A DNA stretch of 64,000 nt. It comes from Minutocellus sp. GHC0000111. Lineage: Eukaryota. The stretch covers positions 4,526,001 to 4,590,000 of the forward strand of contig OZ361258.1 in NCBI GenBank assembly GCA_977018835.1. The letters run 5' to 3'. Made by a program: the position numbers and the translations under genes. Below the pieces are notes generated by a model, which was not told the origin of the DNA, did not search any database, and worked only from the letters and a program-made list of their open reading frames with translations. Positions 48,473 through 58,976 of the stretch are shown piece by piece; position 1 is the stretch's first letter, and the number at the start of each line of letters is the position of its first letter.

Positions 48473-49987
48473 CTAGTATTGCCGATTATGTTTTAGCCAG
48501 GCAGCGCGAATGCAATGCGTGCTTAAAGAACGCTCCAACGTTGGGTTGTCTGCAAACATTTCATGCTTCCAAAGTGTCATTAAAACAAAGTCGGCATTCA
48601 CACCTTTCAGAGTCTGGAGTAACTCCTGAGGCTCCTCCCGTCGTATAAGGGGCACATTCGAGGGGAAACAGCAAAGGTTCCGTAGGGCCCAACATGCCTG
48701 CGCCTGCACCTCAGACGATTTCGCATGCCGACGCATGGCGGAGACAATGGTAGCGACCCCGCCTGCTTCGGCAATCGCCTCCTGGTTTTTCTCGTCGTGG
48801 GTGGAAAGAACCCGCAGCGCTCCGCACGCTGCCTCTTGCACCCCCACCGAGTTTTTGTGCCGCCTCATGGCGGATACGATCGCTACAATGCCACCGGCTC
48901 TGGCTATTGCCAGCCGTCGCGGGGCGGGGACATTGGTCGGCATGCCTCCCGCACTAGCAGTCACAAGTTCGCCGTCAAATCTAGTACTTGCCAAGTTCCA
49001 AAGAACCCGACACGCTGCCTCCTGCACCCCAGCCCCATCCGTGCCTTCGTGTCGCCGCATGGCGGAGACGACGGCAGAAATCCCATCCACATCAGTTACC
49101 GCAACTCTGTTGGCATCGTTATTGGCAGATGCTAGTATGTTCCACAGCACCCAACACGCCTGCTCCTGCACCACCGCCGAGTCCCCGTGCCGCCGCATCG
49201 CAAAGACGACTGCGGCAACGCCGCTGTTGCTCTCTCCGGTAGCTGCCACAGAAAACACATCCGGGCGGGTGAGGTTTCGCAGCGCACCGCACGCCGCGTC
49301 CTGCACCCCGGTCGAGTCCCACCACCGGTACATGGCGGAGAGGATGGCGGGGACGCCCCCGGCGCGGACGATTTCGATCCCAGCTGTCCGGGCGACCCAC
49401 GAGGGTAAGACCCGTGAGGGTAAGGCAGCGTCCCACAGCAGCCGGCATGCCCGCGCGGCATCCTCCGCCGATGCTGCGGTCGAGAGCTGCGCCACCAGAG
49501 TCGGGGGCGAATGCCAAGCGGGGAGCAGATCCAACCCCGGCAGCCGCCGGAACGAGAACCGCGGCGGTTCGGGTTCCGTTCCGAGTTCCGCTGGTGTCGG
49601 CGTCGCATATTCGTATTCATACCCGATCCTCTCGGCCTCGGCCTCGATGGCACCCCCCAGCCGAGCGTTGGGCGCGAGGCGAGAGGACCGAAGAGTTGCC
49701 GCGCAGGCGGGACAGGTCTGATTCCCCCGCCGCAGCCATTCCTCGACGGCCTCCCTGTCGAACGTTTGCATGGTCCGGCAATTCTCGCAGTCGATGCTCA
49801 CGGGGTCCGACATGACGGCCAGCGTAATGGGACAGAGAGCCCACGCGGGCATTTCGGGCGGCTGCGGAGTCGACGAAGCTACGTGTGCGTGCAAGGTGCC
49901 ATCCGCATTGGCATTGGCAGCACCGTCACTGCTGGTACTGCATACCGGTACCGGTACAACCGGGACGGCGGCAATAATCTGGTCCAT
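48473..49987 (-). CDS. U-box + armadillo-repeat E3 ligase-like protein
   Basis: LCPITLAVMSDPV..TFDREAVEEWL..TCP..PNARL, followed by repeated GG..AIVSAMRRH..VQEAAC.AL.NL units. Confidence 0.9.
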   Translation of the reverse strand: MDQIIAAVPVVPVPVCSTSSDGAANANADGTLHAHVASSTPQPPEMPAWALCPITLAVMSDPVSIDCENCRTMQTFDREAVEEWLRRGNQTCPACAATLRSSRLAPNARLGGAIEAEAERIGYEYEYATPTPAELGTEPEPPRFSFRRLPGLDLLPAWHSPPTLVAQLSTAASAEDAARACRLLWDAALPSRVLPSWVARTAGIEIVRAGGVPAILSAMYRWWDSTGVQDAACGALRNLTRPDVFSVAATGESNSGVAAVVFAMRRHGDSAVVQEQACWVLWNILASANNDANRVAVTDVDGISAVVSAMRRHEGTDGAGVQEAACRVLWNLASTRFDGELVTASAGGMPTNVPAPRRLAIARAGGIVAIVSAMRRHKNSVGVQEAACGALRVLSTHDEKNQEAIAEAGGVATIVSAMRRHAKSSEVQAQACWALRNLCCFPSNVPLIRREEPQELLQTLKGVNADFVLMTLWKHEMFADNPTLERSLSTHCIRAAWLKHNRQY

Positions 49988-50276
49988 TGTTCTTTGCGTT
50001 CGCTAATTCTTTTTAATGAGCAGGAGAGTGTCCAATCATTGCGAGAGAGTCATTTTCGGGGGGAAATTGAAAGACATACGAAAAAGGGAGTGTGTGCCTG
50101 TCCGTCCGTCACCTCACTCCGTGGTTCCGTGCATGGCTTTTCGCTTTTTGCGTCATTTCCGAAGAAGATCGATCGCGAGTATCGCGAACGCGTGTAGTGT
50201 TGGAACGGCCAAGAGGACATCGATCCAGCTGGAGGTTTGTCCCAAAGATAAGATTTCTATCTGACTCCGCTTGATC

Positions 50277-52235
50277 ATGAAAGTCATTGCGTGGCTGCCG
50301 GCGTTCTCCCTGGCGCCGATCGTTTCCAGCGCATCTCCTGGCAGCTCGATGCCGGCACCTCCTCGCTGGCGTTCGTCGCTTGCATTCGTTCGACCATCGT
50401 CGCACTCGAGATCGATCCTGAAATCTGATAGACATACTTGTACTGACAAATTTTCTTCTGCCACAGAAATCAGTGCTCAACAAGGCGGCGGTAATGATGG
50501 AGGCTCGAATAATGGAGACCTCCCATCAGAATTTATTCAAAATCTCCTTCAAGCAATGATGCAAAACGGTGGTGCCGACGGTGTCATCTCCGTCGACATC
50601 GACGAAAATGGCAATGTAAACGTCGGTGGCGGTGGCGGTGGGGGGGTTGCAGGAGACACGCCCACAGAAGACGATTCCACTCTCGCTGAAAATAGTTTGG
50701 CATCCCTGCGGTCATTCGATCTCAAGCCTCGAGAGGTGGTTGAATATCTCGACAGGTATGTAATTCAGCAACGAGACGCCAAACGAGTTTTGGCCACGGC
50801 CATTTGCGATCATTACAATCACTGTAGACGCTGCCTGGATGGTGAGGAGGGACAGCTCGCGCAGGAATCGTACGCAAAACCGAACATATTGCTTGCGGGC
50901 CCAACTGGGGTCGGAAAGACGTACCTGTTGAAAACCATTGCAAGACTGATTGGCGTGCCGTTTGTCAAAGGGGATGCAACCAAGTTCAGTGAGACTGGTA
51001 TCGTAGGTAAAGATGCGGAGGATTTGGTGCGAGATCTGGTCAGCGCTGCGGGAGGAAACACAACTTTGGCTCAATATGGGATCATTTACATTGATGAAGT
51101 TGATAAGATTGCCTCGGGCGGTGGTGGAGATGGCAGCATGTCATTTTCTCGTGGTGATTTGGCCAGGGGCGTGCAAAACAACTTCCTCAAGCTGTTGGAA
51201 GATACCGATGTACCCCTGCAAGGCAACTCCCCATTCGAGATGATGAGTATGGGGGGAGGCAGTCAAGGCGGTCCCAAGACGATCAATACCAGGAACATTC
51301 TCTTCATTTTTAGTGGTGCGTTTACCGGTTTGGACGCAGCTATTCGAAGGAAAAAAGAAACAAAACCTTTTGGGCTCGATTTGGACGGTCTGGGAGATTC
51401 CTTACCGGCAAGTCAGGCCGAAATTGATGGCAAAAAAACGAAGAAGAGGTCGTATCTGCAGTATGCCGAAACGAAGGACTTTGTAAATGCTGGACTTGAG
51501 CCTGAATTTGTCGGACGCGTCCCCGTGCGTGTGGCTTTGAATTCGTTGGATGCGGCCGACCTAAAACAAATTTTAGTGCAGGCAGAAGGATCCGTTTTGA
51601 AGCAATTCAAACGAGATTTTGAAGGATATGGCATCGACATGACGGTGACTGATGATGCCCTCACACGCGTGGCAGAATTTGCCGAGGAGGAAGCGACAGG
51701 AGCTCGGGGTCTTGTGACAATTCTCGAACGTACGCTAAGAGGCCACAAGTATGAGCTTCCATCTACCTCTATTCGAAAGTTTGAGCTCGACGCTACAACA
51801 GTAGAAGAGCCGGGGCTTGCTCTAGAAGCTCTTCTTTCGACACAGACCGAGCAAGATGAGTTGTTTGTTCGACTCGATGATCTCAAGCGATGGGAACGAT
51901 ACGCTAATCGCCTGGTCGAGCCATTTTCGATTTGGCTCACAGATGAAGCAATTGATCACATGATTAATCTTTCCATCTCAAAAGGCAAAAATAAGAGTGC
52001 GTACTCCCTTGCGCGGGATCATTTTGATGCTCTGCCCGCTGCCGTCAAAAAGATCGGCGAAAGCACGGGACAGAGCCAGTTCCCCATTTCCCTTGATATG
52101 GCTAAGGATCCAGAGGCTGAGATTGCTAATTGGTTGAGCTTTCTTCCAGTAGACCGAGCCAATGGTTCCTCTCTCGATAACGGCCCTTCTGATGACGAAC
52201 CGGCGAAGAAGAAAAAGATACGGGAGGAATCATAG
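50277..52235 (+). CDS. ClpX-like AAA+ ATPase with an N-terminal presequence
   Basis: YLDRYVIQQ.DAK, KPNILLAGPTGVGKT, IIYIDEVDK, GVQNNFLKLLE, NILFIFSGAF, PEFVGRVP and TGARGL. Confidence 0.85.
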   Translation: MKVIAWLPAFSLAPIVSSASPGSSMPAPPRWRSSLAFVRPSSHSRSILKSDRHTCTDKFSSATEISAQQGGGNDGGSNNGDLPSEFIQNLLQAMMQNGGADGVISVDIDENGNVNVGGGGGGGVAGDTPTEDDSTLAENSLASLRSFDLKPREVVEYLDRYVIQQRDAKRVLATAICDHYNHCRRCLDGEEGQLAQESYAKPNILLAGPTGVGKTYLLKTIARLIGVPFVKGDATKFSETGIVGKDAEDLVRDLVSAAGGNTTLAQYGIIYIDEVDKIASGGGGDGSMSFSRGDLARGVQNNFLKLLEDTDVPLQGNSPFEMMSMGGGSQGGPKTINTRNILFIFSGAFTGLDAAIRRKKETKPFGLDLDGLGDSLPASQAEIDGKKTKKRSYLQYAETKDFVNAGLEPEFVGRVPVRVALNSLDAADLKQILVQAEGSVLKQFKRDFEGYGIDMTVTDDALTRVAEFAEEEATGARGLVTILERTLRGHKYELPSTSIRKFELDATTVEEPGLALEALLSTQTEQDELFVRLDDLKRWERYANRLVEPFSIWLTDEAIDHMINLSISKGKNKSAYSLARDHFDALPAAVKKIGESTGQSQFPISLDMAKDPEAEIANWLSFLPVDRANGSSLDNGPSDDEPAKKKKIREES

Positions 52236-52431
52236 CAATCCAAGCTAAGTCGCTACATAAAAATTAAATACTTGTTTCTGTATTTGATTTTAATTCTTCC
52301 CAAAATGGCAGCAACCAACGGAACGATAAAACGGCTGCATCGCGTATGCGTGTCTGTTCTTGAGAGTCTGGTCTATTATTCGTTACGTTTGAAGAGTGCC
52401 GATGATTATCCTTTCATCGTCGCCATGCACC

Positions 52432-53796
52432 TTACGACGAAGGCTTGAAGGTGGAAAGGACCTTCTTTTTCTTCTTCTTCTTGAGTCCACCGCCAGCAGC
52501 CTTGATGGAGGAAGGGGTCGGCGCGGCAGTAGATGCCGCCGGCGCAGCAGCCGGGGCTGGAGCTGGAGCAGCCTTTTCGGGCTCCTCCTCCTTCTTTTCT
52601 TCCTTGGGTGCAGGTGCGGGGGCAGGAGCAGCCTTGGGCTTGGCGCCCCAAGCGCTGCCGCCGGCAGGCTTCCTCTTGGGTGCAGCGGCTGCCTTCATCA
52701 TCTTCTTCTGCTCTTCCTCCTGCTGGATGATGGTATCGGCCGTGGCGAGGTCGGGGAACAAATTCTCATCGGCCGTATCGACCTGTCGCTGAAAGCCACC
52801 GGCCGAGGCGTTTACATTGCCAAAGCGGCTGGATCCTCCCATGCCAGGTCCACCTCCCATGCTGGCTGGTCCTCGGATGGAGGAACCGGCGCCTCGCATA
52901 TGCGGGGGTACCCATTTGCTTCCTCCGCCTCCAGGACCGGAACCACCAATCGAAGCGGCCGCGGCACCGAATCGAGAACCTCCAGGAGCAGCTCCGCCAC
53001 CCATGCCACTCTTCTTGGCCTCCTTGGCCTCCTTCTCCGTCTGCAAACGCTCGGCCTCCTTGGCCATGCCCTCCTTGGCGGCAGCGAGCTGAGCCCGGGT
53101 CTCCTCCACACGCATACGCTCGGCGATGTCGTCCTCCTCGTTGCGCTTCTTCTGCAGAGCCTTCATATCGAGCAATTCCGTCGTGGCACCGGCCGCGGCG
53201 GCGATGCCCACCTTGCCAATCTTGGCGGCAAGGGCCTCGTCGTCCCACTGCTCCCCGGAATCGCCGCCTGCCTTGGACGGGCTGGCGGGTCCACTGGCAG
53301 CAGCTCCGCCATTCTCAACAGTTTCAGTTACATCGGGGGCATCACTGAATAGTTATGCAATAAGTTTCCAAGTATTATCAAACCGGCCGTCATTCAGTTT
53401 GGTTTCACCGAAGCCAAGTCAGCCAGCAATGCGTTTCAGGAGTCGAGAATTCGAGGACAATTTCATGGAGAATTTGGCGGGGAAAATGACGCAAGAGATA
53501 AATGAAGAAATGTGAGAAAGAAGGCACGGAGGAAGACATTCCATTGAAAAGGCCAAGAAAATAACAAGAGCTCTCAATACAATTTCCCGTCGTCCTCCTC
53601 GTTGCTCTCTTCTCTGCCTCATTCTTCCTTCCAGGCCAATGGGTTATGAGCCAAAAGTTCAGCACAAGAGATGTTCCAAAAGAACTCACACGTGCGTATT
53701 GCTCGTCACCGCAGCAATGTCCACCAAGTTGGCATTGAAGGCCTTCTTCTTGCCCTTCTTCTTTTTCTTCGCGAAGAATGCCGCTGTGTCCGCCAT
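52432..53796 (-). CDS. CDV3-like low-complexity protein
   Basis: Exon 1 reads MADTAAFFAKKKKK. GT-AG intron 53345-53689. Exon 2 contains KWVPPHMR and ENLFPDL. Confidence 0.6.
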
Positions 53797-53968
53797 TTTG
53801 CTCGTCAAAGTGGGTGCCTTGACCTTGCTTGGTCGAGGAAAATGGCTGGCAAAGCAGTGGAAGTGTACGTACGAATCGTATGTACGTACGTGCGTAGAGC
53901 CGACTTGGTCCAACCACCGCAAAACCGGCGCAAAGTGCTTCTCTCGTCATTTTCGGCAAAAGTAGACC

Positions 53969-55171
53969 ATGAAAATGAGCAAAATTCTGCTGTCCGGCAT
54001 CAGCATAGCATCGACGGCCCTGCGCCAAGCGGGTGCCTTCCAGGCGGCTCGGAATACATGCAGGCTGAACTCATCAGCGTCTGCTGCAGCTACGTTTGGT
54101 CTCGTCGGTGGGGCGACTGTTCTGGCTGTTTCCGCATCTCAGCCTTCGGCAATGGCCATGTGCAGCAATGACGAATCGTCAACTGCAACGAAGCAAGTTG
54201 AAGTAAAGAGCATCGATATGCCACAGAATCCTCCAGAGCATCACCCAGATTTGCCATTTCCAGAATCATCTCTTCGGTTAGACACCTACAATGGCGTCAC
54301 ACTGGACGTGGCCAAATTGTCCCCAAATTTGTATGACGATGCCACAACATTTGATGCCGACCTGGCAAAAGCATTGGAAATTTGGAACGAAGAGGAGAAG
54401 CGCGGGATATGGATTCGCATTCCCACGTCACACTCGCATTTAATTCCTGCCATTACGTCGCATGGGTTTGACTTCCAGCATGCCGCGCCGGGAGAGGCAG
54501 TCCTTACGAAGTGGCTTCCCAAGCATACGGAATCTCGTTTGCCTCACGGTCCAACGCATCAGGTGGGAATTGGTGCGCTGGTGTTGCATCCACTGACGGG
54601 TAAGATGCTGGCCGTGCAGGAACGTACCGGACCAGCTGCAGCAAGGAAGCTTTGGAAGATGCCCACTGGTCTGACTGATCCTGGGGAAGATGTCTCCGAG
54701 GCTGCCATACGAGAGCTCAAGGAGGAGACCGGCTTGGACTGTGTCTTTGATCGGATCGTTTGCTTCCGTCAGGCCCATGGAGGTTTGTTCAATCGCAGTG
54801 ATATGTTCTTTGTCTGTCTGTGCAAGTTGGATCCTAAGTACGAAAAGGCATTGCGAGAAGGCAAGGATATTGAACTCCTGCCGCAAGAGGAGGAGATTCT
54901 CTGTGCCGATTGGATCGATATGGACGACTACGCCGTTCAGGGTGTGTGGCGAGAGAGCCCGCTGTACAAGGAGATGAATGGGGCGATGCTTAAAGCGGCG
55001 AGGCATGGAATTGAGTATTCTGGTGGTATTACACCCAATGGTGAAAAGAGCGGCAAGAAGAAAGACGAAAGCAGTGATGAGGACGACGCAGCCCACGGCT
55101 TTGTCGCAAAGAACCTTCCAGTTGGATTCCGTCCTGGGTCCAACACGATATATGTTAGCAGTAAATTGTAG
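53969..55171 (+). CDS. Nudix hydrolase (NUDT6/AtNUDT2-like)
   Basis: Pre-Nudix region RGIWIRIP..GFDFQHA, HQVGIGA, and Nudix box WKMPTGLTDPGEDVSEAAIRELKEETG. Confidence 0.92.
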   Translation: MKMSKILLSGISIASTALRQAGAFQAARNTCRLNSSASAAATFGLVGGATVLAVSASQPSAMAMCSNDESSTATKQVEVKSIDMPQNPPEHHPDLPFPESSLRLDTYNGVTLDVAKLSPNLYDDATTFDADLAKALEIWNEEEKRGIWIRIPTSHSHLIPAITSHGFDFQHAAPGEAVLTKWLPKHTESRLPHGPTHQVGIGALVLHPLTGKMLAVQERTGPAAARKLWKMPTGLTDPGEDVSEAAIRELKEETGLDCVFDRIVCFRQAHGGLFNRSDMFFVCLCKLDPKYEKALREGKDIELLPQEEEILCADWIDMDDYAVQGVWRESPLYKEMNGAMLKAARHGIEYSGGITPNGEKSGKKKDESSDEDDAAHGFVAKNLPVGFRPGSNTIYVSSKL

Positions 55172-55230
55172 GGAAATAGCATGCCAAGTCATTGTAGGTG
55201 CCACAAGTATAATCGACCCAGTTCTAAACC

Positions 55231-55881
55231 TTACTTTACTCCTTCCGACTCCTCAATTTCCGCCTCGGCATCCATGATATCGAGTCGCCGACCAATTGAG
55301 CAACCAGACGCAAAAGCCTTTATGGGGCGGTTGATGAAACAGCCAGGACATTCCACGTAGTCGCAGTTCGAGCATATCATTGCATTTAAATTTTTCGGCA
55401 CCGATTGCTGACATCCCTCGCAAAAAGAATCTGCTTGCTTAGGCCGTCCCAGCTCCAAAGTTCCATCGCAACCTTCAGTTTGACATCTCGGTGAGTGCAT
55501 CTCTTTCAGATGCGCCTCGTGGAACTTTCTCTTGTCGTTCCATTTGCATCCCAAAAATGCAAAGTGACATTTGATCTTCTGAGATGGGCACCAATTACCA
55601 TGCACATCGACGTGTTTGTAGGACTGACGGCATAATTCGCACTCAACATCAAGATCATTGGCAAGTCGTTGGAGAGCTACATTGCGTGGAAATCTCACGT
55701 CAGCCCGCCGGCAAGAAGGGCAAATATCTATTTCACCTTTACTTGCGCATTGACCACACAAGAGGGCCGAGCAGCAGGAGGTCGAGCGACAGTCACGGAC
55801 TATTTCGTGGCAAATTATGCAGGCAAAATCGGTGTTATTGGGCATGTTCTGTATCTTTTCTCCGTTTTGTGACAGCCACAT
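55231..55881 (-). CDS. RING + TRAF/SIAH-type zinc-finger protein
   Basis: CIIC..CC..LCGQC..CPSC, then CHFAFLGCKW..HLKEMH and further CxxC pairs. Confidence 0.75.
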   Translation of the reverse strand: MWLSQNGEKIQNMPNNTDFACIICHEIVRDCRSTSCCSALLCGQCASKGEIDICPSCRRADVRFPRNVALQRLANDLDVECELCRQSYKHVDVHGNWCPSQKIKCHFAFLGCKWNDKRKFHEAHLKEMHSPRCQTEGCDGTLELGRPKQADSFCEGCQQSVPKNLNAMICSNCDYVECPGCFINRPIKAFASGCSIGRRLDIMDAEAEIEESEGVK

Positions 55882-57499
55882 GACTGCGATGACATCGGTT
55901 CGGTTCGTCGGTTACTCGAAAGACTATGGTGAAATCGGGGTAAAGATTCTGAAAAAGTACCCGGAAACACCACCCATAGCCATCTCTGGCGGACTGTGCC
56001 ATTTTCCCACCCAAGACGAACTGCACAACTCTCCAGGCCCCAGACGACCACCATAATGGTGCGCAACCACCATGTCCAGCTCACCATATCTTCTCTGTAT
56101 GTCGATCTTAGCTGGAGAGCTTTCAATCTGAGCCTCTCACTCCTGAAGCTTGCGAAAATCGACTTTCGGCGCCTTGTCATATGCCAACCTCGACCTCCAC
56201 GACGGCTACAATCGCAAAGAAAAGTAACGACGCAGTCGAGTAAACGAGAGATTGCCCACATTTGATGGTTTGACAGGCACATTGGATGTATCTGTGGCGC
56301 GTCAGTTTGACAGTATTGCACAGTTCGGACGCACAAAAGTCGCGAAAGGCCGCCAACCTCCCAAAAATCTACAATCAAATTTCGTCGCCAAACCATTCCT
56401 CAAAGTCGATCTGGCTCGATTGCTCGAAAAAAATCTTTTGGAGTATCTACACAACTTTTGATATTTCCTTCCCATGATATTATGTGAGCGGTCGAAGTGC
56501 TTCTTCGGCGGTGTGAGCGTCAGTAAGAGGCTTCTTTCGTGGGGCTTCTGGCGATCTGCAGTAATTTTCTTGATGATGCGATAGGCGCCACAATGAGATG
56601 ATGTGCAATGGTTCGTGAAATTGGACAGATAGACGCTGATTCTCGTTAATTCCTGCCAATGTATAGCCTAGGGAGCGGGAGTGCATGTATGGATTGTTGA
56701 GTTTGTGTTGGCAACCCATTGCATTCTCACACAATGACAAGTAAAACCAGAACTTCTGGAATCTGCTCAACTTTTCCACCGCGATGTCATACTCGACATA
56801 GGGATACCAATCTACGCCAAATTGGCGATAGCGAGGATTCCAGTCGAACGATATGTACTCACTCTGAGGTCAGATAGCATTCTCGTGGCAGTTGGGTCGA
56901 TAGCTTGGCCAAACTGTGCCATGTTGCAATTTTTGGAGGGCGTGTTTCATCGTTCTGGAAGGTCAAAATTACCAACATGACTATAGTTTGGGTTCATGAA
57001 CGTCTAGTCACTACATCAGTACCTTCTCTCAACCTTCATATGATATGAGGTGGCTCATTGATGGACAGTTTCGCGGGGTTGCTGCAAAGATTGGTGGTTT
57101 TGTAAGTATTGCAATGGTTCGTGGAAGTCGGCGCCAGAATTAGCGGAGCAATGAGCCCAAGACTCAAAACTGATACTGAACAACAATCAACTACAACTAC
57201 TGCATGGGAAGGGTATTCATCGCCGGCCCTTGATGTATCTGAGCGGCCTCTATGCTCACGAAAGGCCTTTCGTACTGGTATTGAAAGTAATCGGGGAAAA
57301 TCGATGTGGAAATTTGGGGCGTTTCTCAATGGTCGTCGACCTCCACGAAGATTCGAGCTTTCTGGATCGACTACTAGTCGCTAAAGCAATACCACTTGAA
57401 TAGAGACGCGTTTGGGTATGTATGTAGTGGGATTTTATGGATAGTAACTGTAGTGAAGTGACTTGCTTGGCTGCTGGCAGTCGTTTGATTGGTAAGAAC

Positions 57500-58620
57500 A
57501 ATCCCCGATGGCCGGACAGAGGAGAAAAGTGACCCCATTGAGCCATAATAGGCACCCTTGCGCGATGATTTGCAATGGAACACATCGCCCAAGCCTCACC
57601 AATCTTATGTGGGCAATACACAAGCCGGAGAGCTCCTTCTGTGTTGCAATTTGTGCTCCAGGTCTGAGAAATTGTACATCATCATCTCCCCCAGAATCCC
57701 AGATTTTGCCGCCATGGGACCTGCTGGGGCAGTAATAGTGAGAATTGAGAGCCAAGCCACAGCCGAAATCTCCGCTCAAGCGCTTATATCATCCTCTACA
57801 TATGACGCCAGGTAACGATAGCAAATAAAGTGAAAGATTGCACCCAACAGGCGAGAATTGAACCCTCCCATCCCTCCAAGAATGTCAAAAATCTGCGCCG
57901 CAGACCCTCCAGAAGCACGGAAACTTCGATTTGGGCATCATCTTATTGCTCAAACCTCGGCCAAAGCCTTCACAGGACCGCTTGGGTATATAATGAGGCA
58001 ATGGAAGTAAGTGCAATGATAGATTGGGGCACATGAGGCGAGATTTGAACCCTTTCGACTCGCTAAGAATTCCAGATTTCGCCGCTTTTGACCCCCGACC
58101 AGCCACAATAGGCACCCTTGCGTGACAAGCAACAGAAAAAACCTCGACCCACGCCTTAGAAACCTTTTTTGGGTCATGTCTAAGCTGTAGATGGCCTCTT
58201 ATATTGCAATTTGTGCTCAATTCCTGAGGTTTCAATACCATCGCTTCGCCGATGTTCTCAAAATTTTCCGCCCACGACCTCCGTGAGCAGGAAAAGTGAA
58301 AATTGGAGGACAGGATGTAGCCCAAACCTCGGCCCAAGCGCTCATATCATTCTCTAGGTATATCGTCGGGAAACAGAGGCAAAATGAGTAATAGTTCTTG
58401 CCCATGTGGCGAGATTTGAACCCTTTCTGTCTGTTCAGGATCTGAAAAATTGACGTCATCGACCTCCACGAGCACTACAATGTAATAGTGATAATTGAGA
58501 TAAAAGCCAAAGCCCAATCGTCGGTTCAAGCGCTCATGCCATCCTTTGGATACATAAACAGGCAACGGAAGCAAAAGGAATAAAAAAACTGCACCAATAC
58601 TAGAGTTTTGAACCCTCACA
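57500..58620. repeat. Degenerate ~186-bp tandem array (about 6 units)
   Basis: GGCGAGAWTTGAACCCT at 57850, 58037 and 58408. AGCCAYAATAGGCACCCTTGCG at 57541 and 58101. CAAACCTCGGCC at 57951 and 58323. Spacings are multiples of ~186. Confidence 0.7.
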
Positions 58621-58976
58621 ACATACGATCGTACTGAGAATATCACTTTTTCTGTGCTGACCACCAGAGACCCACTCCCGGTGGCCCTCGGAAGACGAGA
58701 GGGCATCGAAACCACTTGAACAACCCCCCTAGCTAGTACAAATGCATATAATGACAAGCTTCTATGCTGCACTATGGGCTCACTTCTACACCCCCAACCC
58801 GCCCAGAATTTCAGATTTCAGAACAAATAAATCCAATTGCTTATTATGACGCACGCCGTAGTTGGCATGTTCACAGCTTTCCTCGACCGCCTCTTCGTCT
58901 TCTACCTACATGCTAATGACACAAATGCATGCATCAAAATAACTTATGAATTGAGCAAGCATTTCCTAATGGTTAC

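Noticed and set aside
56480..57040. Short minus-strand ORF or gene remnant
   Set aside because: No start context or recognisable motif; cannot be supported as a gene.
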